From positions 180,172,001 to 180,236,000 of the forward strand of contig NC_042998.1 in assembly GCF_006345805.1 (NCBI RefSeq): 64,000 nucleotides of DNA, written 5' to 3'. The stretch comes from Octopus sinensis (taxonomy: Eukaryota). The position numbers were made by a program, and so were the translations under genes. The notes beneath the pieces were generated by a model, which ran no database searches, was not told the origin of the DNA, and saw nothing but the letters and a program-made list of their open reading frames with translations. Shown one piece after another: positions 60,391-64,000 of the stretch (positions within the stretch are counted from its first letter, which is position 1; each line of letters opens with the position of its first letter).

Positions 60391-61075
60391 CTGCGACGGC
60401 GTGCTAACGATTCCGTCAGCTCTCCACTTAAGAATAATAAAAATTCTTTCTATTATGGGGTATGGGAGCTAGTCGATTATATCGGCCCCAATACTCAACA
60501 GGTACTTTATTTTATCAACCTCGAAACGATGAAGTACATGTCGACCTCGGTGAAATTTCAAGATGGACGATATGCCGTTAAGCATCTTGCCCGGTGTAGT
60601 AACGATTCTACCAATTCGCAGACTTAGTAATAATAGTGATTTCAAATTTTGGCACAAGGCCAGCAATGTCGGAGGAGGAAGTAAGTCGATTGCATCAACC
60701 CAAGTGCTCACGTGGTACTTGTTTTATCGACACTGAAAGGATGAAAAGCAAAGTTAACCTCGGCAGAATTTGAACTCAGAACTTAAAGTCGGACGAAATT
60801 CCGCTAATCATTTTGTCCGGCAGACTAAGTATTCTGCCAGTTCGATGCTTTAATAATAAGCGTAATAATTCTTTTTGCTAAAGGCACAGGGCCTGTTTTT
60901 GGGGGGCCGGCGCTAAGTCGTCTACATCGATTCTAGTACTCAACAAGTATTTAATTTATCGACCCCCGAAAAGGATGAAAGGCAAAGTCGAACTCGACAG
61001 TATTTGAACTCAGAACATAAAGACGGACAAAATGCTGCCCGGTGTGCTAACGATTCTGCCAGCTAGTGATAATGA
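60390..61075 (-). mobile_element. Cluster of 3-4 degenerate Meta-like SINE copies
   Basis: Repeated central-domain blocks. Confidence 0.75.
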
Positions 61076-61195
61076 TTTCTTCATTTACCGCAAGGGCAGC
61101 GAATGAGAGACATTGTAGAAAAAAAATGCTCGAATAATGGGTGGAGTTACAGAGTATACGCTAGGGGTGGGGGACGAAAAGGGTTCATACTTTTC

Positions 61196-61226
<31 letters not shown>

Positions 61227-61477
61227 CACTACTACTAATCTGTATATTTTGGTTCCTTCCCTTGTACGTCTTCTCTTTCTTCATCGTCTTCTTCATCTGT
61301 TTATGCATTTTCTTATCATCAGTATTCCTTCATCCATCCTCACTTCTCCTCTCTTCCTCCTACTCCTCCTCCTTCTCCTCCTCCAGGTTTTCTCCAACCA
61401 TCCCGAGTAAGAACGGCGCCCTGAGATGAATGTTGCTGCAATGGAGAGGCATTTCATGTTAGGGTTAGGTAAAAAAA

Positions 61478-61509
<32 letters not shown>

Positions 61510-61875
61510 AAACAATAAATAAAATAAAATAAAATAAAACTAAAATCTAAGGGTCGGGGTGGAAAAAATAGACTTTACTGATAACAAAAGAGTAAGATAG
61601 TGACGAATGTAGTGGTAGAAGGAACACGTAGTGAGGGGTGCGGGTGACTAAAAAACAGATTAATAAAGTCGGAAGAAGAAGAAGAAGGCTATCAAAAGAT
61701 AACTGAATAGAGGAGATTAAAAGAAGAGATTTAGCATTTCCCGCTTCTTTTTCGTCGTCTTCGTCCATTTATTTTATATTTAATTATTTTGTTTTGCTTT
61801 TCTTGGGAAGAAAATTAGATAAGAGAAGCAGTAAAAAACTTATTCTATTGTAGGCTTCGGAAATGAGAAAAATCT

Positions 61876-61940
61876 ATGTATGTTATGTATGTATGTATGT
61901 ATGTAGGTGAGTGTGTATGTGTGTGTGTATGTATGTATGC

Positions 61941-61971
<31 letters not shown>

Positions 61972-62470
61972 TGTGTGTGTATGTATGTAAGTGTGTATGT
62001 AAGTGTTTATGTATGTATGTATGTATGTATGTATGATGTACGTATGAATGTATGTATGTGTGTGTGTATGTATGTATGTATGTATGTATATATGTATGTA
62101 TGTATGAATGTATGTATGTGTATGTGTATGTATGTATATATGTATGTACGTGTGTATGTATGTATGTATGTATATATGTATGTACGTGTGCATGTATGTA
62201 TGTATGTATGTATATATGTATGTACGTGTGTATGTATGTATTATGTATGTATGTGTGTATGTATGTGTGTATGTATGTGTGTGTATGTATGTATGTGTGT
62301 ATGTATGTATGTATGTATGTATGTTTATATGCATGCATGTATGTATGTATGTTTGTATGTATGTGTGTATGTATGTGTGTATGTATGTATGTATGAGTGT
62401 ATGTATGTATGCGTGCGTGTATGTATGTATGTGTGTATGTATGTATGCGTGTGTGTGTGTATGTGTATGT
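61876..62470. repeat. Degenerate (GTAT)n microsatellite
   Basis: Direct observation. Confidence 0.95.
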
Positions 62471-63229
62471 ACGCGTGTGCATATGCGTGCGCGCGTCGTG
62501 TATATTTGCATATATTTGTACACAAGTACAGACATAGAAACACACATGCACAGTCACTTATACAAACAAATATATGTGTGCGTCTGTGTGTGCACGCGCG
62601 AGTGTGTGTGTCTGGACTTCGAGGTGGTTACAGCCAACTAATCAAGTAAAATTTTAACTTAACTACATACACAGGAACCAAACAAATTTGTAATCGAAAA
62701 AAATATTTAACTCATTTAACTAAGCGAATTCCTACATACGTCCATATATAATATATATATATATATGCATGCACACACACTGATATTACCTTTGTATGTA
62801 TAGGTAACACATGTGTATGTGTGTGTCTTATATATATATATATATATATATAATATATTATATATATATTATATTATATATATAATATTATATATATCTA
62901 TATATATATATCACACACATGTGTCCTCTCCTCCTCTCTCTCTCTCTCTCTCTCTCTATATAGAGATATATATATTATGTCTCTCTCTCTATGTATGTGT
63001 ATGTATGTATGTATGTATGATGTATGGTATTATGTATGTATGTATGTGTGTGTATTTATGAATGTATGTGTCTAGAAAAATAAGATAGACATTAAAAAAA
63101 AAAAAGACATCGAATAGTTCAAAAGACATTTTTTTCATATTCTGTCTTTACCCTTTAATGAACAGAGCTTTAAAAGCAAACAAGCAAAACGTGAACGTTT
63201 CAAGTATTCGATAACAGATATAGAAAAAA

Positions 63230-63329
63230 NNNNNNNNNNNNNNNNNNNNNNNNNNNNNNNNNNNNNNNNNNNNNNNNNNNNNNNNNNNNNNNNNNNNNNN
63301 NNNNNNNNNNNNNNNNNNNNNNNNNNNNN
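63230..63329. other. Assembly gap (100 N)
   Basis: 100 consecutive N. Confidence 0.99.
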
Positions 63330-63794
63330 TCTAAAACTGTGAGAGTTAAGGCCCCTGTTGGGGGTGGGCATCTTAATGTCAACAGAGAAGTGAATTGTTG
63401 AAAATCTTTTTAACTTGGGTCTTATATCTATTGTTTGAATTTCTTTGAAATAGGAAATATATGTTCACCGGGTTTGTAAAAGAGTGCAAAGCTACAGGAA
63501 ACCAAAAGACGAATGATCACAATAAGCAGTCAGTTACCCTACCCTAGTCGTTACTTGAAGTACCGGTTCAAGAACTATGTTTTATATATATATATGTGTG
63601 TGTGTGTGCGTGTGTGTGTGTGTGCGTGTGTGTGTGTGCGTGTGTGTATGTGTTTATACATATATGTATATATATATATACACACACACATACACAAAAA
63701 CACACATACACACACAAAGATAAATTGATAGATACAACTGAGTGGGCAAACAAAAATATGAGACACTTCGTAGTGCTTTTTTATATTTTGACAA

Positions 63795-64000
63795 GCCTGG
63801 TACTTATTCTATCAGTTTCTTCTTGTGAAACCAGTAAGTTATGGGGATGTAAATAAACGAACACCAGTTGTGAAACAGTGATGAGGGAGAAACACAAAGA
63901 CACACACATAGATTTACTCTTTTACTTGTTTCACTCATTTGACTGTGGCCATGCAGGAGCACCGTCTTTAGTCGAGCAAATTGATCGCAGGACTTATTCT
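63795..64000 (-). mobile_element. CORE-type SINE tail fragments
   Basis: GGTACTTATTCTATC...GACTGTGGCCATGCAGGAGCACC. Confidence 0.8.

Noticed and set aside
61457-61470. GTTAGGGTTAGG as an interstitial telomere
   Set aside because: Only two units; expected by chance or from a MITE remnant.
2377-63856. Dozens of ORFs rich in YI, CV, HT, poly-N, poly-L or poly-S (e.g. 49551-49949, 56828-57562, 61840-62649)
   Set aside because: They are translations of microsatellites, which lack stop codons by composition; many start at TTG/GTG, which is not meaningful in this eukaryotic context.

Overview
AT-rich eukaryotic non-coding or intronic DNA, most likely from an octopod cephalopod (inferred from the SINE families and the dense microsatellites). 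No confident intact protein-coding gene is visible; there are only a few weak candidate micro-exons. The window is dominated by microsatellites, three tRNA-derived SINE groups (CORE-type bipartite, OR-like, Meta-domain-like), decayed LINE pieces (RTE, CR1/Jockey-group, Tx1/L1, R4/Dong-like, Hero-like), a DD37D mariner-like remnant, MITEs, a Helitron-like end and a 100-N gap. Two systems stand out. (1) At least eight minimal hammerhead-ribozyme (HHR) motifs of the Penelope/dimer type, including a tRNA-headed (Pol III A/B box) element that carries an HHR in its tail and is present as an inverted pair at 33.6-34.1 kb. (2) A Tx1/L1-type ORF1-only unit (RRM-like motif plus CCHC knuckle, no ORF2) in head-to-tail arrays at 23.6-26.9 and 35.8-38.9 kb and singly at 59.1-60.4 kb. 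Its 3' terminus is shared with the abundant Meta-like SINE, whose target-site duplications repeatedly begin with AGGTA. All calls come from reading the sequence by eye; no searches or folding were run.
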